Virus record (IMG/VR): IMGVR_UViG_3300032167_000048
DNA: 64,000 bases
Origin: a virus
Taxonomy: Duplodnaviria > Caudoviricetes
Reading direction: 5' to 3' (one strand)
The translations under genes were made by a program, and so were the position numbers. Each line of letters opens with the position of its first letter. Within the stretch, counting starts at the first letter, position 1. Shown one piece after another: positions 41,966 through 53,061 of this stretch. The notes below the pieces were generated by a model that did not search any database, was not told the DNA's origin, and saw nothing but the letters and a program-made list of their open reading frames with translations.

Positions 41966-43041
41966 TAGCTTTTTTGCAAAATTTTTCCACTTAAAACTTC
42001 TCTTTTATGTGCTTAAAAAATTTCTCATATCCCATTCCTCGCCATCACAAGCCATTATAATCCATTTGTTTTTATAATCAATTGTTACTGGTATTCCCAT
42101 AAATTCAACAACACCATAATCAGTTGCTTCATAAATATGACAAGTTGAGTTATGAAGAATTTTTACGATTTCTGTTCCAAGGATAATTCTAGTTGGCTCG
42201 ATATTACGAGCACGCCAATCATAAATCTGGTTCATTAAATTAATAAAAATTTTTTCATAGTCTTTCATCACTTAAATCTCCATTTGTAAAATCAATTTTA
42301 TCTCTATCAAGTTCAATACATTCAATTACCTTTTTACAATTTGGACAAATATTTGGCTCAATAAAATACATTGGATATTCAATATCGCCTACTTTATGAT
42401 ACATCATACTGCAAACCACACCATCTTTAAATACATATCCACAATCACATACTGGCAACATTTTTAATCTAGTTGTATATTCATCTATACATTTAATTTC
42501 AACCATCACTTAAAATCCTTCTTTTATAACTTTAGCTCTTTACTTATAAACACGTCTTTTACCTTTTCCGTCTCAAACATTGCAACGTAAAAGATGCCAA
42601 TATTTATAATTGGAACAAAACAAGCAATAATCACTCTTGCCCATGCAAACATTCTTTCCAAAATATTTCTTTTATGATTCTTAAGATATTCTTCTACTGC
42701 ATCTGGATATTCTCTTTTAATTTCCTTATATAATACATAACTCTGCATTACAACAACTAGAAATGTTAAAATACAAAATGCTGCATAAATTTTTAAAAAT
42801 AACATAATCAATCACCACTTAAAACCTTTCTTTTAATTGTTTATTTAACTTATCTGCTTTACGTTTTGCCTGCTTTTCAAATAAATAACACCACTTTAAT
42901 CCTTCGATTCCATACCATTTAAAACAACATTCTAAATGTCCTTTTAAATCATATGGTAAAATTACATATGCAATTTCTGATACATTATTATCATAATTAA
43001 AATAACATTTCTTAACTTTCCATAACGTCATTGTTCGTACC

Positions 43042-43926
43042 TTATCTTTCATTTAAAATCTTCTGGAACATATCATCGATATTATCCATGATTGAATATC
43101 TGTCTGTTGCAAGAGAATTTCTTCCAAAGTTTCCATCCACTAAGTCTAAGTAGAAAGTAAATCCGCCATCATCTCCCATGTAAAACTCATTCCATTCTTC
43201 TTCGCTCATAAGTCTTTTAACTTCAAGCTGTTCGATTGCAAGATTGTCAAAACTAATTACTTTAAAATGATTAAGCATATCTTCAAGATTTTCTTTGAGC
43301 CAATACTGTAAAGAATCAATATTGTTATGCTCTGTTGTATAATGGGTAACACCACGTCTTAACAGTTTATACCCAAGAATAAGAATCTTCAAATCGTTAT
43401 CTGCAAGCATTCCAACATCTGACGGACTTAAAATTCCATTGATAACATGAATAACTGCATTTGGATATGTTTTAACAAGTTCAATAAATTTTTCAGTTGG
43501 ATTATTTAATGAAATTCCAAGACCATGAATCAATCCTTTATCTACTAGGTCACGAATCATGTCTTGATATCTTTCAAAGTGAATCTGATTTACTGTCATG
43601 TTTGCAATAACTTTCTTTTCTTTTAGTTTTTCAAGAAATGGAATTAAGTCTGGATGGCTCATATCGTTTCCATTAATAGCAAGTTCGGTATATGGATGTA
43701 ATGTATCCAAGAATTTATAGTTTAAAATGTCTCCATGTTTGCCATTAGGAGTACACCCCTCATAGCAAAATGGACAACCACCATCACATTTATCTGTAAT
43801 TTTGCAATCACAGTTTTCAGCAAAAGATGGAATAAATTCATCTTCATTTGTCTCTCTGATTTTTGTTCCGTCATCCATAATGATTACTCTATAATTTCCG
43901 TTTTTGTATACTCCTAATGTTTTCAT
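43042..43926 (-). CDS. Radical SAM protein
   Basis: CDGGCPFC (CxxxCxxC); ELAINGN; NMTVN. Confidence 0.9.
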   Translation of the reverse strand: MKTLGVYKNGNYRVIIMDDGTKIRETNEDEFIPSFAENCDCKITDKCDGGCPFCYEGCTPNGKHGDILNYKFLDTLHPYTELAINGNDMSHPDLIPFLEKLKEKKVIANMTVNQIHFERYQDMIRDLVDKGLIHGLGISLNNPTEKFIELVKTYPNAVIHVINGILSPSDVGMLADNDLKILILGYKLLRRGVTHYTTEHNNIDSLQYWLKENLEDMLNHFKVISFDNLAIEQLEVKRLMSEEEWNEFYMGDDGGFTFYLDLVDGNFGRNSLATDRYSIMDNIDDMFQKILNER

Positions 43927-43943
43927 TTAATTATCTCCTTTTA

Positions 43944-44252
43944 TTAACAATATCCATAATATCCAAATGCAACAATCTTTTCATTATTTGGTGTTTCGAA
44001 TGTCTGTTCAAATGTTTCATAATCCATATATTCCCAGTCATTAAACTGTTCATATGTTAAATATTCACAACCAATTTCATCTTCCATAGATTCTTTTACT
44101 TTGTTTGTAATAGGAACAAGTTCTTCACTCCATCTGCTCCAAACAAGTTCTCCATCCACCCACTTTTCAAAATCTGACTTTGTACACATTGTCAACGCAT
44201 GTGTACTACTACTATTAGTTTCAAACACTCCACATCTAACCTGTCTTTTCAT
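43944..44252 (-). CDS. FETNSSSTH-motif protein (short paralogue)
   Basis: MKRQVRCGVFETNSSSTHALTMC; AAGGAG RBS. Confidence 0.8.
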   Translation of the reverse strand: MKRQVRCGVFETNSSSTHALTMCTKSDFEKWVDGELVWSRWSEELVPITNKVKESMEDEIGCEYLTYEQFNDWEYMDYETFEQTFETPNNEKIVAFGYYGYC

Positions 44253-44265
44253 ACTGTTAATCTCC

Positions 44266-44835
44266 TTAATTCCATTTTTCATAAATTTCATAGTTATCAA
44301 ATTCTGGTTTTAGTCCACCATATTCAGTATATGTATAGGTGCTATTACCCCATTTCTCTGTTTTTTCACCCTCATTAACATACATTCTGTCTCTATAGCC
44401 GTCACCATTATCATTTCCAGTTACTACAAGACTATCTCCAAATAAATATCTAAGAAGTTTATCTTCGTCTTCAAGAACAGCACTTACAAAATCAATAGTG
44501 TCACCACCGTGGTCAATATAACCATCTCCCCATTCACTTTTATCTGGTTCAAAGCTACAAGTGATTCCATATTTACCCAATGTTTCTTCAATTTTGTATA
44601 ACATTTCTTTTTTCGCATCATCTCTGTCATAACAGCAATCACAAATCGCCTGATATAAATAAGATGCCTTAGAATGCAATCCGTGATATTCTGCTACTTC
44701 CCAACCAAATTCTCCATGTTCAAACTCTACATAGTTTGGAAGATTTGCTTTGTCCACATCTGATTTTGTGATACAAATTGCATGTGTGCTACTACTGTTT
44801 GTTTCAAATGTTCCTCTTCTAATCTGTCTTTTCAT
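44266..44835 (-). CDS. FETNSSSTH-motif protein (long paralogue)
   Basis: MKRQIRRGTFETNSSSTHAICI; GEFGWE, GYIDH and TGNDN motifs. Confidence 0.8.
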   Translation of the reverse strand: MKRQIRRGTFETNSSSTHAICITKSDVDKANLPNYVEFEHGEFGWEVAEYHGLHSKASYLYQAICDCCYDRDDAKKEMLYKIEETLGKYGITCSFEPDKSEWGDGYIDHGGDTIDFVSAVLEDEDKLLRYLFGDSLVVTGNDNGDGYRDRMYVNEGEKTEKWGNSTYTYTEYGGLKPEFDNYEIYEKWN

Positions 44836-45540
44836 ATTTATTTCCTTTCTTTGAATATTCTGATAATTTAATTTAAAAATTAATAATCTTCTGACAGTTC
44901 CTTTCCCATCATTTCACAGAATTCTAAAATCCATTCTTCAAGACCGTCAATTCTATCTTCTAAATATCTAGTCCCCACACTTTCGAAATCGAACCATCCC
45001 TCTTTTTTATCCCACGTTAGCTGTGCAATACTATAGCAATATTTGTCAGACATAACCTTTTTTCCAGTTGTTAAATCTGTCACCTCGGTAGGAATATCAC
45101 GATTAACCCATCTAACTAAGTCATATTTATATGGTTCAAAGTGTCCGTCTAAATAGCATGGTGCTCTAAACTGAAAGTTATTCCATATATCTGTGTATAC
45201 TCTAACCACCATATATTACCTCCTCTTTTTATTTACATATATTATAAAATATATTTATGAACTCCGTATGTACAAATTGTAAACAAATTGTAAACAAATA
45301 AAAGTCTTATTTTATTACCAATCCCAATCGTTTTTGTCTTCGCAATTAATTCCATTAACAATTGCATTACATTGTTCAATTAAATTTCTTGTATTGTCAT
45401 CATTATATCCCCAATCAGAATCATATCTTGTAATACCAATATGCCTCATGATGTTTTTCTGATTTTCCATAATCTGAGATAATGATTCAAATAATATTCT
45501 CTTTTCAAATAATTCGTTATTCATATACACCTCTTAAATT

Positions 45541-46200
45541 TTATAACCCCAATCCCTTTAATTCTGCTACAAGTTCTGCCAACTTAGGATTATCTGAATA
45601 TTTTTCTGCCATTGCTTCATAATATTCTACGGACTTTCTCTTGTTGATTTCTTTTTCTAATTCTTTTTCAATAGCCAATTTTTTCTTTTCAAGTTCTTTA
45701 ATTCTTTGTTCTTCTTCAACACGAGCAATGTATCCGTCCATATTTACCACTCCAACAACTTGTGCTGTAATAGCAATTTTTTCATTATACATTTCTACTG
45801 GCATAATTTCCTTTACAACAGCAAGAACACGATTATCTTTACTTCTTGCATTTACAACTACTAATTGATTTTCTCTTGTAATCAACTTTTCTTCTTCATC
45901 AAACAATGCAAATGCATAGTCCTTTTTATTATAATCTTCTAAAAAATTTACAATTGCTACATTCTTATAACCTTTCATATTATCATCCTCCATAATTCTT
46001 AATTCATCTTTTTTAAACCAAAATACACCATAACTACTTGCTTCATTTCTCAAACCGTCTAAAACAACACCAATATCTTCAGATGATATTCTTTCTACCG
46101 TACCAATCATATGTAATAATTTATGATATTTTTGTTTTGACGTGTGAATAATTTCTACTTTTTTATTTAAGTAATCATCATAATCTAATACTTCACCCAT
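45541..46200 (-). CDS. Hypothetical phage protein with C-terminal coiled coil
   Basis: 219-aa ORF with RBS. Confidence 0.7.
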   Translation of the reverse strand: MGEVLDYDDYLNKKVEIIHTSKQKYHKLLHMIGTVERISSEDIGVVLDGLRNEASSYGVFWFKKDELRIMEDDNMKGYKNVAIVNFLEDYNKKDYAFALFDEEEKLITRENQLVVVNARSKDNRVLAVVKEIMPVEMYNEKIAITAQVVGVVNMDGYIARVEEEQRIKELEKKKLAIEKELEKEINKRKSVEYYEAMAEKYSDNPKLAELVAELKGLGL

Positions 46201-46977
46201 AATTTCACCTCCACTTATCCACTTAAAAATACTGTTTTATCTGACCCATAATTTTTCTGCTGGAGCAATCCATTCAATCCATGCTTCTGGAATTACAACA
46301 AAAGCACCACTATGATATAATTCAAACCATACAACACCCCATGCTTCATGATGATATTTTCCACAAAAATCCTTTTTAATTGTTGTATGTGCCAATTGAT
46401 TTCTATAAATCTCTTTAATATTTACAATATAATAAATATCTCTATCTCTATTCATTTTACACTCCTTAAAAACATTCTTTTATGTGCTAGTTATCAATCT
46501 CCTCAAATAAGATACTATTAAACTGCACATTTGGAAACTCTTCTAATTCAACTATTGTATGCCATCCATGAACATCCACATCAACCAAAGTGTATTCTGT
46601 TCCAACAGTTAACAAATGCCCAGTTCCACTAAAACCCCAAGCACCAGCATCATCGTTATCAATACATATAATTTTTCTTGTTTCATTGTTAAAAATGTTC
46701 ATATTCTATACCTCTTAAAACTTTGATTTTATAACTCAACCTCTTTTATTTCTTCATCTGCATTGATTCCGTGATTTTCACATACTTTAACTAATTTTCT
46801 AATAATATCTAAATTTTCTTTTTCTTCAGCCAAAGTTTTTAAATGTCCATCAATCAAATCAATCGATTCTTGAAGATGCTTATTATCTCTATTTAATAAT
46901 TTAAAATAATGTTCTATATCATCAGTACCAAATAACCATCTTAAAATTAATTTTCTCATAAAATCCTCCTAATAAAA

Positions 46978-47490
46978 CTATTCTAAATCTACATTAAATT
47001 CATTTGTTACAGTTCCCTCTGGGCAATAAACAATATATCTATCATTGTACATTGGAAATCCCCAAATGTATGATTTTTTATTTTTAAAATCTCCGACATA
47101 CCTTTCAATATGGGTTTCCTTATCTGTATGTTTAATATAAGAATTACTAGCTTTTATCTTTTCTATACCATAACCAAATTCTGTTTCTGTAGCATAATAA
47201 TAATACAAGTCTTCGTCTACATAACCACCCATAATATAAAAATCTCCATTTACATTCTGATTATCTTTTAATGCTACAATTTTTTCATCTGAAATCATTT
47301 TATATTCAACTTCTGAACATTCACTTGTGATAATACTTGGAACAAGCAAAACTACAAAAACAACAAAGATAGTTGCTATCATCGACAATATTGAATATAA
47401 AATCTTCTCTAACCAACTATTACTCCAGTCTTTAACAATTCCTACTATTACTGCAATACATACAATTAATCCAATAATAATCCAAATCAT
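46978..47490 (-). CDS. Two-TM membrane protein
   Basis: MIWIIIGLIVCIAVIVGIV start after GGAGGT; second hydrophobic segment. Confidence 0.7.
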   Translation of the reverse strand: MIWIIIGLIVCIAVIVGIVKDWSNSWLEKILYSILSMIATIFVVFVVLLVPSIITSECSEVEYKMISDEKIVALKDNQNVNGDFYIMGGYVDEDLYYYYATETEFGYGIEKIKASNSYIKHTDKETHIERYVGDFKNKKSYIWGFPMYNDRYIVYCPEGTVTNEFNVDLE

Positions 47491-47516
47491 TTTTACCTCC
47501 CACTTAAAACTCTGCT

Positions 47517-47885
47517 TTATTGCCATTGTTTCTTCCATTCGTCATATTTTAATGACGCTTTACATTTCTTATTACAATAATCTTTCTTTCTACAAAACTC
47601 ACATTTGCCATTATGTAGCCATTGTTCTTTATAATCTACTAATTCAGTTTCTCCATCCCAATTCTCAAGTTGAACGTCAAATCCGTGTTCTTGTAATAAT
47701 ATTGTAGAATCTTTATAATTCAATCCATAAAATGTATGCGTACTTAAATATGGATGAAACCAGTTATCTTCCGTTTGCACCTTTGGAACAATGTGTCCAC
47801 AACCATTATCTAGTTCAATATCCAAATAATAATCTTTTGATTCTAATCCAACTAAGTCTTCCCATCTACTAATTAACTTCTTCAT
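47517..47885 (-). CDS. Hypothetical protein flanked by 19-bp direct repeats
   Basis: ccacttaaaactctgcttt on both sides. Confidence 0.75.
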   Translation of the reverse strand: MKKLISRWEDLVGLESKDYYLDIELDNGCGHIVPKVQTEDNWFHPYLSTHTFYGLNYKDSTILLQEHGFDVQLENWDGETELVDYKEQWLHNGKCEFCRKKDYCNKKCKASLKYDEWKKQWQ

Positions 47886-48430
47886 AATTTTCTACCACTT
47901 AAAACTCTGCTTTTGTGTGCTATAATCTAATAATTTTTCCGTTTGAGTTATGCAAACTTCCAATGCTTTTCGCACATAGTTCACTCTTCTTACAAGTTCT
48001 ATAATAGTCCCAACCATCTCTCTTATTCTCTTCTTTAATATCTTCATTCATTGGAACAATATATTTTTCCCAAACTTGCTGAATTGCATCTTTTGCGTCT
48101 TTCGCAAGAACAATCCACATATTATCGTACTGTCCATAATCACTTGTAACTAAATAATCTTTCATAATAATCTCCACTTAAAACTTTACTTTTATTGTAA
48201 TTTTTATTCTATAAAATCATTGAATAAAATAAATCTAATGTCTGTAAGTTTGTCAATTATTATATCAAATTCTTTTCTACAATCATCACACACTTCTATA
48301 GACATTGTGCTAAAATTTCCACCACTTAACTTTTCTTTTGGGATTTTTATTTGTATTGTTCTTTTCACTTCTTTACCACATCGGTCACAAAAATATTTTG
48401 TCATATTTTTCACCTCTTAAGATGTTTCTT

Positions 48431-48727
48431 TTATGCCCATTTAAAACTTCCACAAGTTGTTTTTGCTGGAATCCATGCTTTATCACTTGGAATTGGTTTC
48501 CAAACATCTTCTGGAAATTCCATATCACAACAATCACTATATCTACAACAACTACAACAGTTTATTTTATGTAACTCTACCCTTTTTTCTTTGCTAGTAT
48601 TTTCGTATTCTTGCATCATATAATCATATAAAAGTTCAGACATTCTTTGTTTGTCTTTTGATGCACATTCATACATCCTTTTATATTCTTTTAACTCATT
48701 AATTTCTTTTAATAATTCTTCTAACAT
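48431..48727 (-). CDS. Cys-rich hypothetical protein flanked by 20-bp near-identical direct repeats
   Basis: cttaa(g/a)atgtttcttttatg on both sides. Confidence 0.75.
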   Translation of the reverse strand: MLEELLKEINELKEYKRMYECASKDKQRMSELLYDYMMQEYENTSKEKRVELHKINCCSCCRYSDCCDMEFPEDVWKPIPSDKAWIPAKTTCGSFKWA

Positions 48728-49453
48728 ATTTTCACCCCTTAATCACTTAAAATGTTTCTTTTATGTTAATTTTCTTCCGCATACTGGACAATAACCAATT
48801 GGCATCAAGATTCCATTATAATAATGGTCACCACATGTTGCATACAGCCAAGGTTCATCTTTAAACATAATAATAGCATCTTCTTCGCTCCAAGGGTGTG
48901 AAAAATGTTTTTTATATTCTTCTTCGCTACTCCATATTGTTTTACAAAAATCACAACTCATATTCTTACCCCCTTAAAATCTGTCTTTTATAATGTTACT
49001 TCTAATCTCAATCTATCAATCTCAATATCTACTTCACATAATGTATCGCTTCCACAATAACATCCACCTTCATCACGATATTGAATACGAATATCATAAT
49101 CTTCGACATTGTTTTTAATAGCCCATTCATATAGCTCTTTAATCGTCATATTTTTACCTCGTAACAACTTAAAATCTTCCTTTTATTCCCATTCAGATGT
49201 TTCAACAATGATATTTACATCTAATCTAGCATTGCAAATATCCAATCCAGACAATCCACTTCTAATCACTTCTAATAAATCTTCATCATATTCACATAAA
49301 GATTCTACAATATTTCTTTCTGCTTCAAACAAAATTTTTCTTGCATTATACAATGTTAATGCTTCTTCGTCTGTTAGTTCGATGTTGTTTATTATTTTTT
49401 TAAATCCAAATTTCATATTTTCCACCTCTCAACCACTTAAAATTCACATTTTA

Positions 49454-49756
49454 TTATCCGTTTATCGCATAATCAATATAAACTTCTTCCATATCCTCTC
49501 TAAGTTCTGTTACTTTTGGTGGCTTAAGCTCTGGTCTTCTTTCAAAAACTTTTCTTCTTGCTCTAGTTACAGATGCAAAGTTAGGACAGTTCATTTTATT
49601 TCTAGATTTAAGAAACGCTTTTAACGTCATTGATGATGCTCCTCTATGAAAATATTCACATACACACAGATAAAGGATATCATCGTTCTCTCTTGTATCT
49701 TTTCTCATATCGAGAATCTTTTCAACAACCTCTTCTGTTTTCTTTAAACTTCTCAT
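49454..49756 (-). CDS. Hypothetical phage protein
   Basis: TRENDDILY...SVTRARRKV...PEL motif; GGAGG RBS. Confidence 0.7.
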   Translation of the reverse strand: MRSLKKTEEVVEKILDMRKDTRENDDILYLCVCEYFHRGASSMTLKAFLKSRNKMNCPNFASVTRARRKVFERRPELKPPKVTELREDMEEVYIDYAING

Positions 49757-50054
49757 AAGCACCTCCGTTACTCGTATCTTTCACTTTTACGAATCTTATC
49801 CAACTTCTGCTTCTTCTTGTTTAAGTGTCTTACTTTTGCTCTAGGTCTATATTTGTCGCATCTCTGACAATATTTGGTGTGTTCTGCATCTCTACCCTTT
49901 TCACATTGTCCTGCACAAATATAATATAAACATGGTGTTTCTCTTGTCTTTGCCATAATAATTACTCCTATTCTACTTATAACCTTATTTCTTATGTATT
50001 GGAGGAATGGAATTATCTTCCATCCTCCGTTTCTGATTGTATTATACTACATCC

Positions 50055-51137
50055 TTATTCGTTTGTCAATACGTTTTCTGAATTTTCTTTAAAAAATTCT
50101 TCATAGCTTTCATTTAAAGCATTGTGTCTAGCAACGATAGAGCCATTTCTAGCCACTCCATTAGATGTAGCTTCCATATATCTAGCATACACATCTGAAT
50201 CGTTTTCTGTTTTGAAGAATGATGTTAAAAATTCTCCAAACATAGCTTCTGTAATATCATTATCAATAGACTGCTTTACGAATGGTACAAGTGAAACTAA
50301 ATGTGTTTCTGTATATAATTTTCTAGCAACGTCCTTTTCATGGTTGCTTGCTAATTCTTCATGTACATTTACAATATAGTTAAATACTTTGTTTAATTCA
50401 ACTTTATCATCTTCTGTTACTTCCATTGCTTCAATCTGTGGATTAAAGTCTTTACTTGCAAATGAAACATTATCTACATCATTGTTTAACATTGTTAATA
50501 CTTTTGTTACAATTACTGCATGATTCTTATTTGCTCTTGATTTTTCCGTCAGCATATCTTCAAATAACTTATGTGAGCCAATATCAAGTAATTCACCAAT
50601 GTTCTTAGCAGATGCAAGTGTTCTTGATTTAGTTGATAATGGTTTTCCATTATTTAATCTTCTGAACATTTCTGCTTTCTGAGTCTGGTCAAGATTGTCA
50701 TAATACTTAACTGTAATAGTTGCATCTTTAATTGCATCCTGTAATTCTTCTTCCAATTCAGAAAACTTCTTGCCAGAAATATCAATAGTACATTCATTTC
50801 CGTCTTCGTCTAAGTATGGAATAGGTTTTAATTTTGTTAATTCAAATTCATCTTTCATATACTTATAAATAGAAGTATTTCTCTGCTGACCATCCATTAC
50901 ATCATAAATTTTAACCTTATCACTATCACTTTCACCACGTTCTGCATATACTGGTGGAATAGGATATCCCATGATAATGCTCCAAATTAATTCACTCATT
51001 CTATGTTTTTCCCAAACAAAACTTCTCTGTACTACGTTCTTAAAACTAATTGTTTTCTTATCCATCATTTTTACAATCTGTTTGCATGTCCATGTAATGC
51101 TAGAACCTTCAATCTTTAAAATTTTGTCAATTGCCAT
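50055..51137 (-). CDS. DUF262 (ParB/Srx-superfamily, GmrS-like) protein
   Basis: QRSFVW; SIIMGYPIPP; DGQQR; FRRLNNGKPL. Confidence 0.88.
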   Translation of the reverse strand: MAIDKILKIEGSSITWTCKQIVKMMDKKTISFKNVVQRSFVWEKHRMSELIWSIIMGYPIPPVYAERGESDSDKVKIYDVMDGQQRNTSIYKYMKDEFELTKLKPIPYLDEDGNECTIDISGKKFSELEEELQDAIKDATITVKYYDNLDQTQKAEMFRRLNNGKPLSTKSRTLASAKNIGELLDIGSHKLFEDMLTEKSRANKNHAVIVTKVLTMLNNDVDNVSFASKDFNPQIEAMEVTEDDKVELNKVFNYIVNVHEELASNHEKDVARKLYTETHLVSLVPFVKQSIDNDITEAMFGEFLTSFFKTENDSDVYARYMEATSNGVARNGSIVARHNALNESYEEFFKENSENVLTNE

Positions 51138-51157
51138 AATATAATCCTCTCTTTCGT

Positions 51158-51940
51158 TTAAATATAATCCAATCCTAATTCAATGCTTTTATACATATCT
51201 TTTTTCTTTTCATCCATAATAGCTATATATCGAAGTGTTGTAAGCGAATCAGAATGTCTTAAACATTCTTGTAACATTACTAATGCATCGCTTTTATCTT
51301 CTGCGTTATCATAGATATTTCTTGCCCATGTTTTACGAAGTGAATGTGAGCCTACATTCTTATCAATACCAGCTTCTTCTGATACATCAACAATAATTTT
51401 CCACAATCCAGCTTCTGTAATTGGCTTGCTTCCTTTTCTTGACTTAAACATATAATCGTTTAAATCTTCAATTGGGTATTTGCTTGTATAATTTTCAATA
51501 GCCTTTTTAACAGTCTGATTAAAAAATATCTTTACAAATTTACCAGTTCTTCTAGTCTTTTTAGGTTGTAGCACATAAGATTCTTTAAATGTCATATCAT
51601 TCTTGTAAAAATATGACCAACGTAATTGTATTAAATCACTTGCTCTTAGTCCAACATTTATTCCAATCAAGAACAACATTTTATTCCTATGTGCAATTTG
51701 TTTTTTGTTTTTACTTGTTGCGTTTTTGATACGATAATTTAGTACATCGATTATACTTCTTACTTCGTCTACATCAAATGGATAAACTGTTGAGCTTATA
51801 CCACTAACTCTGTTACAATGACGCTTATCAATTGTACCATCCTTATTATATCTAACCTTTGGTTTTTTAGCTAATTTCCCATTTACAATAGAAAGAGTTA
51901 TAACATTATCATTTTGTTGATACTTATTCATTGTTGCCAC
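51158..51940 (-). CDS. Tyrosine recombinase/integrase, catalytically intact
   Basis: GLRASD (R), KKT (K), HSLRKT (HxxR), LRHS (H), TTLRY (Y). Confidence 0.93.
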   Translation of the reverse strand: MATMNKYQQNDNVITLSIVNGKLAKKPKVRYNKDGTIDKRHCNRVSGISSTVYPFDVDEVRSIIDVLNYRIKNATSKNKKQIAHRNKMLFLIGINVGLRASDLIQLRWSYFYKNDMTFKESYVLQPKKTRRTGKFVKIFFNQTVKKAIENYTSKYPIEDLNDYMFKSRKGSKPITEAGLWKIIVDVSEEAGIDKNVGSHSLRKTWARNIYDNAEDKSDALVMLQECLRHSDSLTTLRYIAIMDEKKKDMYKSIELGLDYI

Positions 51941-52211
51941 TCTCCCATCCCAATTGTGTTATAAGCTATATCTACCTTTCACTAAAGGAATACCATTGTT
52001 TTTAATTTTACCCGATTGTCCTTTTTTAAGTTTATATTTTCCATCTTTAGCATTTCTTATACGTTGTTCTTCTGAAACACCTTTCATAATATCCTCATGA
52101 TATAATTGTTTATTAGCCCAATTTTCAGCAGGAATTTCTTCCTCATATGTTTCTTTAAATGCATGTACACAAGTGCCAATTAAAGAAATAATAAATAGTG
52201 GGTCAAACATG

Positions 52212-52601
52212 TTAATTACCACCTCCATATTCTTCTACTTTTTTAAGCTCTAAAACATAGTCATTACTTGCATAATCCTCAATAAAAGCAGATATAACAT
52301 GTTTAACGAATAGCTTATTTTCTTTTACCTTGTTTTTAAATTGATTATAAACCTCTTTATTAACTGGAGTGTTTAGTGTGGATACATCTCCGTTATCATT
52401 CTTCCATTTGATAATATCTTCTTCATTCAAATGATATCCATCATTTGCATATTGTCTTACAAAAGCCTCGATAACAGTACACATTTGTAGGTTTCTAATT
52501 TTACATTTTCTTTGAAAACCCTCAAAAATTTCTGCGTTAATCTTTAAATTAATTTGTTGTGTTTCCAACTTCTCTACTTCTAGCTTGATATATCCAGCCA
52601 T
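52212..52601 (-). CDS. Putative tandem ribbon-helix-helix-like regulator
   Basis: Two similar halves: IN.KI.AEIF..F..KC....VIEAFV..YA and LN.PV.KEVY..F..KV....VISAFI..YA. Confidence 0.5.
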   Translation of the reverse strand: MAGYIKLEVEKLETQQINLKINAEIFEGFQRKCKIRNLQMCTVIEAFVRQYANDGYHLNEEDIIKWKNDNGDVSTLNTPVNKEVYNQFKNKVKENKLFVKHVISAFIEDYASNDYVLELKKVEEYGGGN

Positions 52602-53061
52602 TGTTAACACTTCCATTCTGATTAGTTTTATTTAATTTTATAAATCGAAGAATTTGATTAATGCTTCGCACATTGCATTTTCCAGTTTGTCAATCCAATC
52701 TACATCATTGAAATCAATATCATATTCAACAAATGTATCATAATCTGTTTCCATATTCTCTGTTTCATTATTAAATTCCATTTTGTAGATTGCACAAGCT
52801 GTGTATTTTTCATTGTTATAGGTTTCAACAGCGAAGTTATATTCTACACCAATGTCACCATACCATGCAAATGCACAACCCCATTCATCAATATTTTCAT
52901 AGTTTTTATACCAATCTGACATATTGCATTCAAAACTATAATCATGATTTGCTTTCATTTCTTTAATTGTCATTGTTTATACCTCCTTTTATATTATCCT
53001 TTCCTTTGATTATATTATATCAGCTAATAAACTATTTGTCAACATATTTTTTATTTTTTTA

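Larger units (their letters stand above)
37797..49453. repeat. Array B: 26 TAAAA-N6-TTTTA junction sites between small ORFs
   Basis: Starts at 37797, 38727, 39093, 39311, 39531, 39738, 39956, 40261, 40529, 40723, 40983, 41992, 42511, 42820, 45299, 46224, 46467, 46716, 47505*, 47900*, 48179, 48418*, 48748, 48975, 49170, 49438 (* one mismatch). Confidence 0.92.

Noticed and set aside
45531-45545. Collapsed junction-like sequence (ctcttaaattttata) and similar partial matches near 12089 and 46973
   Set aside because: They do not fit the 6-bp spacer rule; they could be decayed sites but cannot be distinguished from AT-rich background.
18537-49453. CRISPR array interpretation of the junction repeats
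   Set aside because: Only 10 conserved bases per repeat, spacing is 150 to >2000 bp, the intervening DNA is coding, and no cas genes are present.
18537-49453. Classical integron attC sites
   Set aside because: No RYYYAAC/GTTRRRY boxes or long imperfect hairpins, and the recombinase shows no evident IntI-specific insertion.
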